Positions 9,467 to 19,961 of a stretch of DNA of 64,000 nt are shown one piece after another; positions within the stretch are counted from its first letter, which is position 1; each line of letters begins with the position of its first letter. The position numbers and the translations under genes are program-made. The notes beneath the pieces were generated by a model, which saw only the letters and a list, made by a program, of their open reading frames with translations, had not been told where the DNA came from and did no database searches. Source of the stretch: Oligoflexia bacterium (GTDB lineage: Bacteria > Bdellovibrionota > Bdellovibrionia > JABDDW01); NCBI GenBank assembly GCA_043732305.1, contig JAYTHU010000102.1, positions 1-64,000 of the forward strand. The letters are read 5' to 3'.

Positions 9467-11268
9467 TTTCCAGTCTCAGAAGTTTCGATAGCTGCGCTCA
9501 GGATATTGAAGGGAATATACTTTGCGTCCAAGGCCTGCCCTTGTCTGAGCCAGCGAATAGTAGACGCAGTATCTTTCTTCTCCCAAGCAATTTCTGCTAG
9601 GCCAGCATAAGCGGCAAGATTTTTAGGATCTTGGGCATTTATTTTTTCCCAGAATTTTTGAGCGCAATCAAAATTCTTTTCTTCGGCACAAAGGCGAGCT
9701 TGCAGAACTTTAGGCAAACGGTACTTGGACTCTCCAAGTGCAGCTTCCTTGATATTAACAATGGCATCTTGTCGATGCCCCAGTTTCATTTCCGTCCAAC
9801 CAGCGATGGATAAAAGAAGCGGATCCCTTGGTGATTCAGCCAGCGCTTTTTCAATTTCCTTTGATCCTTCCAACTTTTCCCGACCTTCAAACATCGCCAA
9901 TCCCTTGAGAGCACTCATATGACTGCTTGCTGGAATAAGTGGGAGTACTTTTTTAAGTGTGAAAAGAGTTTGTTCCCATCCGGAACGCTCACGATAAAAT
10001 CTCCAATCGCGCAAAAACAAATCTGTTTGTTCGGGATCCACATCAAGTGCTTGCTCTAAAAGTTGATTCGCTTCTCCAGTTTTTCCTGCCAAGGCTTGAA
10101 CGTAAGCATCTTCAATCAGCACTTGAGCGCGGTAATCAAAAGCCACTTCTAAATAAACTTTCATCATATCGTGTGCAGGACCTAATTTTAATCGACCACC
10201 GGACTCTTGACTTGTAGCTACAATAACATCGGCCATAGCCATAACTATCGTTCCATCATTTCCGGACTTTGCTAGTGCGCGAGACAAAAATGCTTCAGCC
10301 TCACTGAATTTGTCTTTGTAATAATTAATGAGCCCAATATTGAAAACCGCCGCCGTTTGATCGGGCTCGTTTTTCATAACTTTATCAAAATTTTCCAGTG
10401 CGACATCGAACTCATGGGCTTCCAGAGCGACAAGTCCTAAACCGATGAGTGCGGATTGCTTATGTTCGGGATTGGCATCCGTGTCGAGAATCTGCTTAAA
10501 AATTCGACCTGACTGCAATGACTGTTTTTCAAAAGTAAATGTCAGGGGAGCGATTCTATATAACAACTCCGGATCATTAGGCTTCACATTGCGGGCATCA
10601 GAATAAAACGCCATTGCTTTTGTGTAATCGCCAACTTTTTCTGCAACAATTCCTTGATTCAACATGCTTTGGAAAGTGTCTATGTGGTTCCCAGCGTTAT
10701 CGAGTCTCGGAGAAAGACGAGTGAAGTAAAATCCTGCCGCCAAAACAAAAACGACCAATGCCGCAACTACTTTTACGGTTTCAGATTTTGCATTTTGGCT
10801 TTGCACACGTAGATCTTTTTCATATCCATAAGATTTAGCAAGGTCTCTAGATAATGCAGGATGAATGTTATCAGTTGATGGACCGCGAGCTTCCACACCT
10901 TCCATCAAAGCGGAAGTGTTATCAAAACTTGCAGGCATTCTAAATTTTGCTGAGGCTGTGACAGAAGTATCAGCAGTATCTTCCGAATTTTTTTCGAGCG
11001 CACTTTGGCGGTTTTTAACTTCGTTGATTACTGACCGAAATTTTTCTTCTTGGCGCAGATATTTCCAACGTCCGCGAGGAGAAATGATTTCATCATGTGC
11101 GACAAAACGTTTGTCACGCAAACCTTGAGAAACTTCTTCGGATGAAAAAGGTCCGGAGATAACCATGTTGGACTTTACAATCCATTCTCGCATTTGAGAG
11201 AGTCTCTCCATGTCGATCTGATTATTGCTTTCCGTTTGAATTGTGTCTTCGTCTCTTTTATTGCTCAT
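9463..11268 (-). CDS. Membrane-anchored TPR protein with an N-terminal GYF_2-like domain
   Basis: WIVK...ISGPFSSEEV...RWK motif, one TM helix, multiple TPR-like repeats. Confidence 0.8.
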   Translation of the reverse strand: MSNKRDEDTIQTESNNQIDMERLSQMREWIVKSNMVISGPFSSEEVSQGLRDKRFVAHDEIISPRGRWKYLRQEEKFRSVINEVKNRQSALEKNSEDTADTSVTASAKFRMPASFDNTSALMEGVEARGPSTDNIHPALSRDLAKSYGYEKDLRVQSQNAKSETVKVVAALVVFVLAAGFYFTRLSPRLDNAGNHIDTFQSMLNQGIVAEKVGDYTKAMAFYSDARNVKPNDPELLYRIAPLTFTFEKQSLQSGRIFKQILDTDANPEHKQSALIGLGLVALEAHEFDVALENFDKVMKNEPDQTAAVFNIGLINYYKDKFSEAEAFLSRALAKSGNDGTIVMAMADVIVATSQESGGRLKLGPAHDMMKVYLEVAFDYRAQVLIEDAYVQALAGKTGEANQLLEQALDVDPEQTDLFLRDWRFYRERSGWEQTLFTLKKVLPLIPASSHMSALKGLAMFEGREKLEGSKEIEKALAESPRDPLLLSIAGWTEMKLGHRQDAIVNIKEAALGESKYRLPKVLQARLCAEEKNFDCAQKFWEKINAQDPKNLAAYAGLAEIAWEKKDTASTIRWLRQGQALDAKYIPFNILSAAIETSETGK

Positions 11269-11293
11269 GTATTAAGCGCGCTTCTTTCAAATT

Positions 11294-12883
11294 TCAATGT
11301 TTGAAGTGACGACGGCCAGTGATGACCATTCCAATTTCTTGTTCCCGTGCTGCCTGCTCGACTTCTTGATCCCGCAAACTTCCGCCAGGCTGAATGATCC
11401 ATTTCACCCCGTTTAGAGCTGCTAAATCAACAGAATCTCTAAAAGGAAAAAATGCGTCTGAAGCTAAAATCAATCCGTCTTTTGTGTTCCTCTTTTGGTT
11501 ACCAGCTTGACTGTTTTTAGTGGCCCGTTCCAACGCCATCTTGACTGAATCGATTCGATTGGTCTGGCCCCCACAAATTCCCAGGGTCTGCAAGCCCCTT
11601 GCGATCACAATCGCATTGCTCTTGACGTGTTTGGCCACTCGCATAGAAAAAAGCAAATCCGCTTTTACTTTATCCGTGATGCCTTCACCAAGAATTTTCC
11701 ACTTCACTTGTGGTGTTTGAGTAGAATCTTGTGGCCATTGAATTGGCCCGTCTGTTTCCTGAACTAAAAATCCTCCGCGCGTGCTTTTATATTCAAGACC
11801 GCCAATGGCAAGGCCAAGCTCAGCAGAAGATTTCCCGAGAGCAGAAAGTTGAAGTATCCGCAGATTTTTCTTTTTTGAAAAAATCTTGAGAGCCGCTTCA
11901 TCGAAGGATGGGGCGATGATGCATTCTAAAAATGGGATGCTCATGGTTTCAGCGCAAGCCATATCTACTTTACGATTCAGAGCAAGGATCCCACCAAATG
12001 CAGAAATGGAATCGGCGTCGAACGCGCGTTTGTAAGCAGAAAGAATATTTTCGCCTTCGGCCACTCCACAAGGTGTGTTGTGTTTAATGATAACTGCCGT
12101 TGCGTTCGCAAATTCGGTGAGGACATTGATCGCGGCTTCAAGATCCATTAAATTATTGTAGGAAAGCTCTTTGCCTTGCAATTGTTTGGAATGATGAAGA
12201 GAAAGTGCGTGATTACCCGACTTATAAAAACCAGCTTTTTGGTGAGGATTTTCCCCGTAACGCAGATTCATTTTCGAATTTAAAGACAAATTGATTTCTT
12301 CAGCACCCAACGCTGTAGCAATAAGCGCATCATATTGTGAGCAGTGTGAAAAAACCTTGGCGGCAAGTTTCCGGCGAAAAATTTCTCCAGGTTCACCTGC
12401 TTCAGCTTTTTTAATGACCTCCGCATAATCTGCGGGGTCACAAACCACGGTCAATCGCTCGAAACTTTTGGCTGCAGCCCGGAGCATGCTTGGCCCACCT
12501 ACATCTATCTGGTCTATTAGTTCGAGATCGCGCAGATTTTTCTTAACCGCTTCAGCGAAGGGATAAAGATTAACCACGACCAAATCAAATGGAGTTACAC
12601 CACTAGATTTTAAAAGTTCGAAATCTTCGGGGACATAACTTCGGGCAAGTAAGCCCATGTGAATAAAAGGATGAAGGGTGCGAACTCGACCATCCATCAT
12701 TTCCGGAAATCCGGTGACATCTGCTACTTCAGTCACTTTGATTCCATGATCACGGAGAAATTTTGAGGTGCCGCCGGTGGAGACGACTTCGAGTCCGGCA
12801 TCAACGAGAGGCTTTAAAAATTCAACGAGCCCATCTTTATTAGATGTGCTCACCAAGGCGCGCTTAAAATTTTGTTTCAGCAT
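11294..12883 (-). CDS. purH: Bifunctional AICAR transformylase/IMP cyclohydrolase
   Basis: STGGT, DGRVRTLHP, IDVGGPSMLRAAAK, LRYGENPHQ, KHNTPCG, ASDAFFPF, IQPGGS, RHFKH. Confidence 0.98.
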   Translation of the reverse strand: MLKQNFKRALVSTSNKDGLVEFLKPLVDAGLEVVSTGGTSKFLRDHGIKVTEVADVTGFPEMMDGRVRTLHPFIHMGLLARSYVPEDFELLKSSGVTPFDLVVVNLYPFAEAVKKNLRDLELIDQIDVGGPSMLRAAAKSFERLTVVCDPADYAEVIKKAEAGEPGEIFRRKLAAKVFSHCSQYDALIATALGAEEINLSLNSKMNLRYGENPHQKAGFYKSGNHALSLHHSKQLQGKELSYNNLMDLEAAINVLTEFANATAVIIKHNTPCGVAEGENILSAYKRAFDADSISAFGGILALNRKVDMACAETMSIPFLECIIAPSFDEAALKIFSKKKNLRILQLSALGKSSAELGLAIGGLEYKSTRGGFLVQETDGPIQWPQDSTQTPQVKWKILGEGITDKVKADLLFSMRVAKHVKSNAIVIARGLQTLGICGGQTNRIDSVKMALERATKNSQAGNQKRNTKDGLILASDAFFPFRDSVDLAALNGVKWIIQPGGSLRDQEVEQAAREQEIGMVITGRRHFKH

Positions 12884-14289
12884 TAAAAAGGAACCTTTGT
12901 CAGCAGGAGTTTGAGGTCGTCATTCGTAAAGTCTAGACCCGCTCCTATGAAACCTGAAGCACCGGTTCCAGTCAATGGGTTACCCTTGGTATTTAAAATA
13001 TCGTCCCCACCGGCCATGGCGTAGAAAATGCTATAGAGCTTATATTTTACGAAGGCTCGAAGATAAGGGCCTTCAGGATTCCGCGAAAAGTTGAAAGCCT
13101 CCACTGAGGCCCTCAGGCGTTTGTTGAAAAAAGAATAATCCAAGCCAACCCCGCCCTGGCTTTCTAGAACTCCAGCGCGGACTGTCAAATTGTAGAAATT
13201 CTTGGCAAACTCAGCCGAAAATTTAAACTGATGTTGATAGACGTTTTGATAAGTCGTCGTCGAGGGCACACCGTTCACAGTTTGCTGCGTTGTCCCGCTA
13301 TAATAACTTCCCTTGGGATCATCAACGACATGCAGTGAATAATAGCGATCGGGCCCGGGCTGAATATTTAGACCAATGTACGATTTGACCATGCTATTGG
13401 ACATGACTTCGGAATTGTAATCCACGCTGACTTGGAATTTGTTTCCAGCGTCGATGAATCCATTGACGCCTTCGATCGCGTGGTTAAGCGATTCAACCGT
13501 GGTGTCGTCATTGATGAGCTTACCAATTGTTCCTTCGCCATGATTGATCTTGGCGGAAACTTCATCCACATTTTTTAAAATGTCATCGACACGAGCTAAG
13601 CTCTTAGACATTTTTTTAAAATTCTTTTTAAAACCATCATCGCTGTCATCATTTATAAATTCATCTAAACTGGCAGTGATGTGATCAATGTGATCGATAG
13701 TCGATTCAAGTTTGTCTTTTTTATCGCCAGAAACATCTTTAAGATCAGCCGTGAGATCTTCCACATTATGCAGAATTCTTCCCAAAGGTGAATTGTCATC
13801 ACCTTCACCGGTGGTCGCAGCTTTGAGAGCGGCGGTCATGGCGCCAACATCTTCTGCTATCTTACCAACTTTATTTAATACGGCGTCAAAGCCACTGCTA
13901 TCGGTAAATTTAGGAATGACCGACCCTTCAGTGAGCAATTCGTCATTGGGATTTCCAGGATTAATCTCAACGTACTTGTCTCCCAAAATTCCGTTGGGCT
14001 TGATTTCAGCAGATGCGCTTTTTGTAAGTTTGAGTCCTGCTTGAACTTTTAAATCCAAACGGGCTTGAGCCCCATCGAGAACAATGTCATCGATAATACC
14101 AACAGGAATTCCCGCCATCTTCACATTGGAATTTTTCACAATACCATTGGCGCTGGGTAATAGTAGTGCGTAACGTTGTGTTCTTCCGCTGACACTAGGA
14201 TCAACGTTCACCTTGAGTGACATGACCACAATGATCACGATACACGCGATTACAAACAGGCCAACTTTAAATTCTGCGGAGCTCATCAT
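12883..14289 (-). CDS. mlaD: MCE/MlaD family protein with a long helical region and C-terminal beta-rich domain
   Basis: N-terminal TM, V.MAGIPVG, GILGDKYVEINPG, GEGTIGKLIND. Confidence 0.88.
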   Translation of the reverse strand: MMSSAEFKVGLFVIACIVIIVVMSLKVNVDPSVSGRTQRYALLLPSANGIVKNSNVKMAGIPVGIIDDIVLDGAQARLDLKVQAGLKLTKSASAEIKPNGILGDKYVEINPGNPNDELLTEGSVIPKFTDSSGFDAVLNKVGKIAEDVGAMTAALKAATTGEGDDNSPLGRILHNVEDLTADLKDVSGDKKDKLESTIDHIDHITASLDEFINDDSDDGFKKNFKKMSKSLARVDDILKNVDEVSAKINHGEGTIGKLINDDTTVESLNHAIEGVNGFIDAGNKFQVSVDYNSEVMSNSMVKSYIGLNIQPGPDRYYSLHVVDDPKGSYYSGTTQQTVNGVPSTTTYQNVYQHQFKFSAEFAKNFYNLTVRAGVLESQGGVGLDYSFFNKRLRASVEAFNFSRNPEGPYLRAFVKYKLYSIFYAMAGGDDILNTKGNPLTGTGASGFIGAGLDFTNDDLKLLLTKVPF

Positions 14290-15056
14290 GATGAAGTATG
14301 GTTCCCTTTTGCTTTCGAAACAAATTTTTCAATAAACGAATCTTTGCTTTCCAAAAATAATTTTGGAGGCCCAGCCAATCTAATTTTCCCCGCATCTAAC
14401 ATGGCGATTTCATCACCTATTCGGAAAGCGGAGGGAAGATCGTGAGAGATAATAATACTTGTTAACCCCGCACGATGCTTATGTGTATCTACAATTAGAT
14501 TATCAACAGTTTCGGTAATCACAGGGTCCAGACCTGTAGTTGGCTCATCATAAAGTAGTATTTCTGGATCAAGGGCGAGCGCTCGAGCTAGACCAACTCG
14601 CTTTTTCATACCCCCAGAAAGTGCCGCCGGGTATTTGTTGAAATGCTCAGTTCCAAGTCCAACGAGGAATAATTTTTTGGAAGCAGCTTCAATGGCCTCT
14701 TCTTTGGACAATTCCCTTTTGAATTCTTGAATAGGAAAACAAACATTTTCGAGGGTGGTCATGTCGTCAAAGAGCGCGGCCGATTGAAATAACATTCCAA
14801 ATTGTTTTCGCATTTCATTGAGACGAACTTCATCTAACTTTGCTAAGTCTTGTCCGAGAACTTTTACAAAACCGGCATCGGGCTTAAGCAACCCTAAAAT
14901 ATGTTTGAGCATGACTGATTTTCCCGCTCCGGAAAACCCAATGATAACGGTGATTTTTCCTTTTTCAATTTTGAGGTCAAGCCCTGAGAGCACTTCACTT
15001 AACCCACCATCAAAACTTTTTCTGACACCGGAAAGTTCAATTGCAAGTTCACTCAC
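14286..15056 (-). CDS. mlaF: MlaF-type ABC transporter ATP-binding protein
   Basis: GFSGAGKS, FQSAALFD, LSGGMKKRVGLARAL, YDEPTTGLDP. Confidence 0.93.
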   Translation of the reverse strand: MSELAIELSGVRKSFDGGLSEVLSGLDLKIEKGKITVIIGFSGAGKSVMLKHILGLLKPDAGFVKVLGQDLAKLDEVRLNEMRKQFGMLFQSAALFDDMTTLENVCFPIQEFKRELSKEEAIEAASKKLFLVGLGTEHFNKYPAALSGGMKKRVGLARALALDPEILLYDEPTTGLDPVITETVDNLIVDTHKHRAGLTSIIISHDLPSAFRIGDEIAMLDAGKIRLAGPPKLFLESKDSFIEKFVSKAKGNHTSS

Positions 15057-15883
15057 CTGCTACCGCCGTAGAAAATGATTTTTATAATTGCCGAGAGAAA
15101 ATAATCGCTCACCAAAATTAAAATGCTAGAAACAACCACGGTTTCATTGGTGGACATCCCCACACCGCGTGCGCCATTTTCTGTGTTGAAGCCTTTGTAA
15201 GTTCCAATAACAGAAAAAATCAAACCAAAAAATGCAGCCTTGATACAGCTCTGTAGAATGTCGCGTGGACGGGTAAAAACATTTATTTTTGCTAAATAAA
15301 GTGCAGAATCAATATGGAGAAGTTTGATTGAAACTAAATAAGCGCCGACGTTCCCGAAAAAATCAAATACACCAGTGAGGAGAGGCATCGCAATCACGGC
15401 ACCAACAATTCTCGGCATAACCAGATATTGTTTTGGATCCACTCCCATGACTTCAAGCGCATCAATTTGCTCGGTCACTCGCATCGTTCCCAGTTGAGCA
15501 GAAATTGCTGCTCCGGCCCGACCCGTCACTAAAAGTCCAGTGAGAACAGGGCCAAGCTCTCGAGTGAGGGCAAGCGCCACCGAGGGACCGATCAACACAT
15601 CTGCATTAAGCAAATGAAAAGCGGTGTAGATTTGCAGAGCAAAAACCATCCCGGTGAATAAACTTGCCAGTAAAATAATAAAGATCGACTGATTTCCGAT
15701 GAATTCAATTTGAAAAATAATTTCGGCATATCGAGAAGGCGTGCGACCGATCGAACGCAGAGCTGAAATAGCAAAGCTGCTGACATGGCCAAGTTCTCGA
15801 ACTCCTCTGAACATAACAGACCCAAATCTTTCGATAAGTTTGGGAAGAGTAAGCTTCTGGGGAATCTTTTCTAATTTTAACAT
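15053..15883 (-). CDS. mlaE: MlaE family ABC permease
   Basis: RELGPVLTGLLVTGRAGAAI.A.LGTMRVTEQIDALEVMG. Confidence 0.95.
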   Translation of the reverse strand: MLKLEKIPQKLTLPKLIERFGSVMFRGVRELGHVSSFAISALRSIGRTPSRYAEIIFQIEFIGNQSIFIILLASLFTGMVFALQIYTAFHLLNADVLIGPSVALALTRELGPVLTGLLVTGRAGAAISAQLGTMRVTEQIDALEVMGVDPKQYLVMPRIVGAVIAMPLLTGVFDFFGNVGAYLVSIKLLHIDSALYLAKINVFTRPRDILQSCIKAAFFGLIFSVIGTYKGFNTENGARGVGMSTNETVVVSSILILVSDYFLSAIIKIIFYGGSR

Positions 15884-15886
15884 TGT

Positions 15887-17002
15887 TTAATGTATGTACA
15901 CCCGCGGCACTCGACCTTGAATACCGGTGAGAATTTCGTAGGGAATGGTTCCTGAAAGTTCAGCCCACTCGTTTACACTGACAAGGGATTGACCTTGATT
16001 TCCAATAAGAACAACTTCATCACCGACAAGCGTTTCGCGCCTCTGTTCTGTCACGTCTACCATAAAATAATCCATGCATACGACTCCACGAATGGGACAA
16101 GACTCTCCGTTGATGAGTACTCGACCTTTATTGCTCATGGAACGTGGAATGCCATCGGCATATCCAAGAGGGATAACGGCAATGACTGAATCTTTTGTGG
16201 CAGTCCAAATTCCACCATAGCTCACGGATTGGTTTTTCTTCACTTTGTGCAAATGAACGACTTGGCTTTTCAGACTCAAGACGGGAGAAAATCCAGTGGT
16301 TTCTTTTGGATTCACTCCGTAAAGACTAATTCCGGGACGATAAATTTCGTAGCCCGAATGCAAACCAGCGAGCACTCCACCACTGTTACTGATGTGGGTG
16401 ACCAGTGGGCTTTGTACCGAGTGTTTGATGATTTTTTTAATCTCTTGGAATTCTTGCTCCTGAACTTTCGATCGTCCAGCGACTGCATGATAATCATCAC
16501 TCGAAATCAAATGAGTGCAAATGCCTTCCAACTTCAAGAAGCCTTCAATCTGAAATTCTCTAGCTAGCATTTTGGCTTCACCCGGCTCAAAACCATTTCT
16601 CTGCATCCCAGTGTTGAATTCGGCGTGAACGGAAAACCCGGCACTTTCATGCAGGGAACCTTTAAGTTTTTCTATTTGATCAAAGCTGCTCAATACCGGT
16701 GTGAGGCGATATTTCACGATAGCCTCAGCCCCGATAGCATCGAAAAAACCAAAGTACAATATAGGAGTTTGGATCCCGGCCGTGCGAAGTTTTATGCCCT
16801 CTTCGATCAAAGCCACACCTAAGTAGCGAGCGCCGAGTCTTTCGCAGATGCGACTGACGTGAATTTCTCCGTGCCCATAAGCATCGGCTTTGACCATGGG
16901 TGCAAGGCCGCCGAGCCCCACGAGTGACTTGAGGGTCTTAAAGTTTTGCTCTAATGCCTGCAAATTGATTTCAGCAAAACTATTTCGGTACCGTCCCAAC
17001 AT
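15887..17002 (-). CDS. alr: Alanine racemase
   Basis: VKADAYGHG (PLP lysine), RPGISLYG, VSYG, GYADG, VCMD, GTIPYE. Confidence 0.96.
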   Translation of the reverse strand: MLGRYRNSFAEINLQALEQNFKTLKSLVGLGGLAPMVKADAYGHGEIHVSRICERLGARYLGVALIEEGIKLRTAGIQTPILYFGFFDAIGAEAIVKYRLTPVLSSFDQIEKLKGSLHESAGFSVHAEFNTGMQRNGFEPGEAKMLAREFQIEGFLKLEGICTHLISSDDYHAVAGRSKVQEQEFQEIKKIIKHSVQSPLVTHISNSGGVLAGLHSGYEIYRPGISLYGVNPKETTGFSPVLSLKSQVVHLHKVKKNQSVSYGGIWTATKDSVIAVIPLGYADGIPRSMSNKGRVLINGESCPIRGVVCMDYFMVDVTEQRRETLVGDEVVLIGNQGQSLVSVNEWAELSGTIPYEILTGIQGRVPRVYIH

Positions 17003-17046
17003 TTTCTTTTGACCTCTCCATACTACTTTGTTAAAAATACTTCTGT

Positions 17047-17100
<54 letters not shown>

Positions 17101-17122
<22 letters not shown>

Positions 17123-18504
17123 AATTCAAACTCAGGCTTAAACCCTCTTGGCGCATCCGCCACACAAACTCTATTTCTGCCGCCCTGTTTAATCCGGTGC
17201 AAGGCTTCTTCAGCGGATTTACCCAAAGTGACCGAACTTGATGACACCGAAGGGAACTCACTCACACCAAAACTTGCCGTCAACTTTCCTAGTGGCTGCT
17301 TTTCTCCACAAGGAAATGGCGTGGAAGAAATTGCTTCTCTCAACTTCTCTGCCTTTGCAGCAATCGTGGCGAGACTCGAGTGTGAGCAAATAATTGCAAA
17401 TTTTTCTTCCGACAGCCTTGCAACAACGTCCGTGTTGCGACTATTTCTGACCATCATTTGCGCGATGGATTTTGCAATGACATTGGCCATGGCCTCACCA
17501 TTGTTATCTCGATATTTCAAAAAGTGATCGATTTCAAAAACAATAAGACTGACTGGCAAATTTAATCTTCTGGCTCGGGATACTTCTTCATCTAATTTTT
17601 TATCGAATGTTCGCTCATTTGGCAAGCTCGTCACCACATCTAGAGAATTCATTCCTTGAAGAGTGTTTTCCAATTCAAGAGTCTGAATTCGTTCGGTTGC
17701 GATTTGCAGATAAAAATTAAAAAGTTTTTTATTTTCTTCGGTGCGTAGAGGCCTAAAGAACACAAGGGTTCCGAGGGAATTTAGCGTCATGCCACTGCGC
17801 ACATTGACAGGGTGAATCGTAAATTCCAAAAGTCCAAAAACTTCTTTAAGCATCTCTCTGAGAATATCGATTTTATCAGGGCTCTCGCATAACATTTTCT
17901 GCGCTTCCAGCGGTTGCATAAAATGCAAAGGTACGCCTACACTTCGAATCTCGTCAGCATTGAGTCCGGCGGCTTTTTTCAAAACCAAAGCCGTATGAGC
18001 TGGGAGATATTTCAAATAAATGACGGGTCTGGATCCGCTTAAACTTGATGCTGACTGAACCAGCTTTTCCATGACGTCATCAGCGGATTTTATTTTTCCG
18101 ACCAGATCCACAAAAAGTTTTGCTTTATCAAAATAGGTGTCCTCGGCAATTTGAGGTGGCTGAAATATTGTTTTTGTGACTTCAGCTTGAACCTGTTCTT
18201 GTTCCAATTGAAGCAAGAACAGTCTTGCAGTGACATCAGCCTCTTGAACAGCACCCCAAGTGTTGCCTTCAGAAGTAGGTATGACTTTGATTTCCGGACT
18301 CAGTGTCTTCACCTCTTCCAGAAAATCTAACCCCAGAAGTCCACCAACAATGAAATGTGGCGGCGCTTTTTTGACCGCGGCGAGCAGTTCATTTTCCGTT
18401 TGAAACTTTTCAATTGTGTATCCACGTTCAGAAAAAATGTCAGCTTGATTGTCTGCATTCACCACATAAACATAAAAATCAGAACGGTAATCTTCTAGTC
18501 TCAT
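17101..18504 (-). CDS. Degenerate GGDEF-domain protein with a receiver-like N-terminus and GAF-like middle; probable c-di-GMP receptor
   Basis: GGDEF fold motifs (DVVTSLPN, RARR..PVSL, EIDHF, LTASFGVSEFP, GRNRV), but the active site reads SEEKF. The RxxD I-site (RNTD) is retained. Confidence 0.85.
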
Positions 18505-19340
18505 TTAGAAACCTCAAGGCTAGTTTGGTGACCGAGTCCAGGGCGACGAACAGAAAATTTTGATTCTAAAGCTAAATTTGAAATTTCCGGAAAAGGAGCG
18601 AGAGCGGGAATTTCAATACGTTCCATCGGTTGCGGAAACTTTCCGAAATTTTCTACCAAGATATTTCCTAGACGAATTTTAGATTGAGCTCTTATTCGAG
18701 GAGCTCGTGGTTTTGCAGGAATAACTTTAGAACCTTGCCCGAGGAAGTCTGAGCTTATATCGCCTTTGGAAATGAACTCTTCGATTAAGTTTTTAACTCG
18801 CCTCGCTTCAGTTTCTATCAACTCAAGATTTTTTCCGATTTCTTCACTGGGATTTTTCATTTTCGCCAGTTGAGTATGTCCCAAAATTGCAGCCAGAGGA
18901 TGAATGAGATCACGAGAAAGTTTATCGGTGAAGCCGATCTCCAAAGTTTTGTTGATCATAAACTCTTGAGCGAGTTCAAGATCATCAGTATTAAAACCAG
19001 GAACTTCGTTATTCTCGGTCGAGGAATTTTCTAGATCTTCAAAATCGAGATCCAGAGAATCCAGTTCCAAATCCTGCATCACTTCTTGCGCTGCTCGATA
19101 ATCTGCTGAATCACGTAAAATTTTATGAGCAATGATTGAAGCGATACCAAAGCAGATCATTAAAACAATCATGCCGGTGCCAATGATATTTCTTTGCAAT
19201 ATCGAGACGATAATTGATTCAAAAATTTTGTCGGTTTCAAGAACTCTGGAAATGTGGAAGTAGATCATGGCGTGTGCCGCAAGTATCAGCATGCCCATGG
19301 GCAGAAATATTTTTAACTGCAAAGGAAATTTTTTAAACAT
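18501..19340 (-). CDS. Two-TM membrane protein with a HisKA-like dimerisation domain that lacks the phospho-His and has no HATPase domain
   Basis: LSRDLIHPLAAILGHTQLA...NLELIETEARRVKNLIEEF aligns to the H-box (xHExxNPL..I.G) with H->R. No N/G1/F/G2 boxes. ATGA overlap with the GGDEF gene. Confidence 0.7.
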   Translation of the reverse strand: MFKKFPLQLKIFLPMGMLILAAHAMIYFHISRVLETDKIFESIIVSILQRNIIGTGMIVLMICFGIASIIAHKILRDSADYRAAQEVMQDLELDSLDLDFEDLENSSTENNEVPGFNTDDLELAQEFMINKTLEIGFTDKLSRDLIHPLAAILGHTQLAKMKNPSEEIGKNLELIETEARRVKNLIEEFISKGDISSDFLGQGSKVIPAKPRAPRIRAQSKIRLGNILVENFGKFPQPMERIEIPALAPFPEISNLALESKFSVRRPGLGHQTSLEVSK

Positions 19341-19429
19341 CGTTTTATCGTCCTTGATAAAAGAGTCAATGAATCTGCTCAGCTCTACGGCTGCCTTATA
19401 ATCTTAGCCTAAAGGGCAGGAGAATCAAA

Positions 19430-19846
19430 TTATAAACTGGCGGCTCGATAGTCAACTAAGGGATAGAAATATTTCTGTGATCCAAAAGGGACCTTGCCTT
19501 TGGTATTGAAGATGCGATGACCAACTCCATATTGAATGGATTGAAGTTTTTTATGGCCACTGATCTTAGTGAAATCTCTACTAAAGTCTTTGGCAAAATC
19601 TTTAAAAGGAGCGTAAAAATAACGACTATCCGCACCTTCGCGAACCTCGACGTAAATCCAGTGCTTGGATTTGTCGACATGCATTTGTCCCATCAGAGTT
19701 CCTTTTTGGGTGCCTCGGATTTCAAGAATTCCAGGTTCAACTTCAATCAAGGAGTAAGCTGAGGCTCGAGTGCTAGCTACCAAATTCAAGCTCATGGAAA
19801 AACAAAGAGCCAATAGGAACATTAAATTTTTCAAAATCTTCTCCAT
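19430..19846 (-). CDS. Small secreted hypothetical protein
   Basis: Signal peptide ending ASA. ATG 19846 is preferred because the sigma54-like site lies just upstream. Confidence 0.7.
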   Translation of the reverse strand: MEKILKNLMFLLALCFSMSLNLVASTRASAYSLIEVEPGILEIRGTQKGTLMGQMHVDKSKHWIYVEVREGADSRYFYAPFKDFAKDFSRDFTKISGHKKLQSIQYGVGHRIFNTKGKVPFGSQKYFYPLVDYRAASL

Positions 19847-19876
19847 TTCAAACACGTTCAATTCACTCTTAAACAG

Positions 19877-19892
19877 AGCAATCGGAGTGCCA
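19877..19892 (-). promoter_or_regulatory. Putative sigma54 (-24/-12) promoter
   Basis: Minus strand TGGCAC-TCCGA-TTGCT matches the TGGCAC-N5-TTGCW consensus exactly. Confidence 0.8.
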
Positions 19893-19961
19893 GTTTGTGC
19901 TTGTGGTTTAACCTGTTTCGGAGCTAAATAGGGGTAGAATTTTCAATCTCGGAGCCTAAAA

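Noticed and set aside
12885..12896. AAAAAGGAACCT resembling the 32.5-kb repeat arm
   Set aside because: The match is only about 11 bp and lies within the mlaD coding end (KVPF), so it is likely chance.
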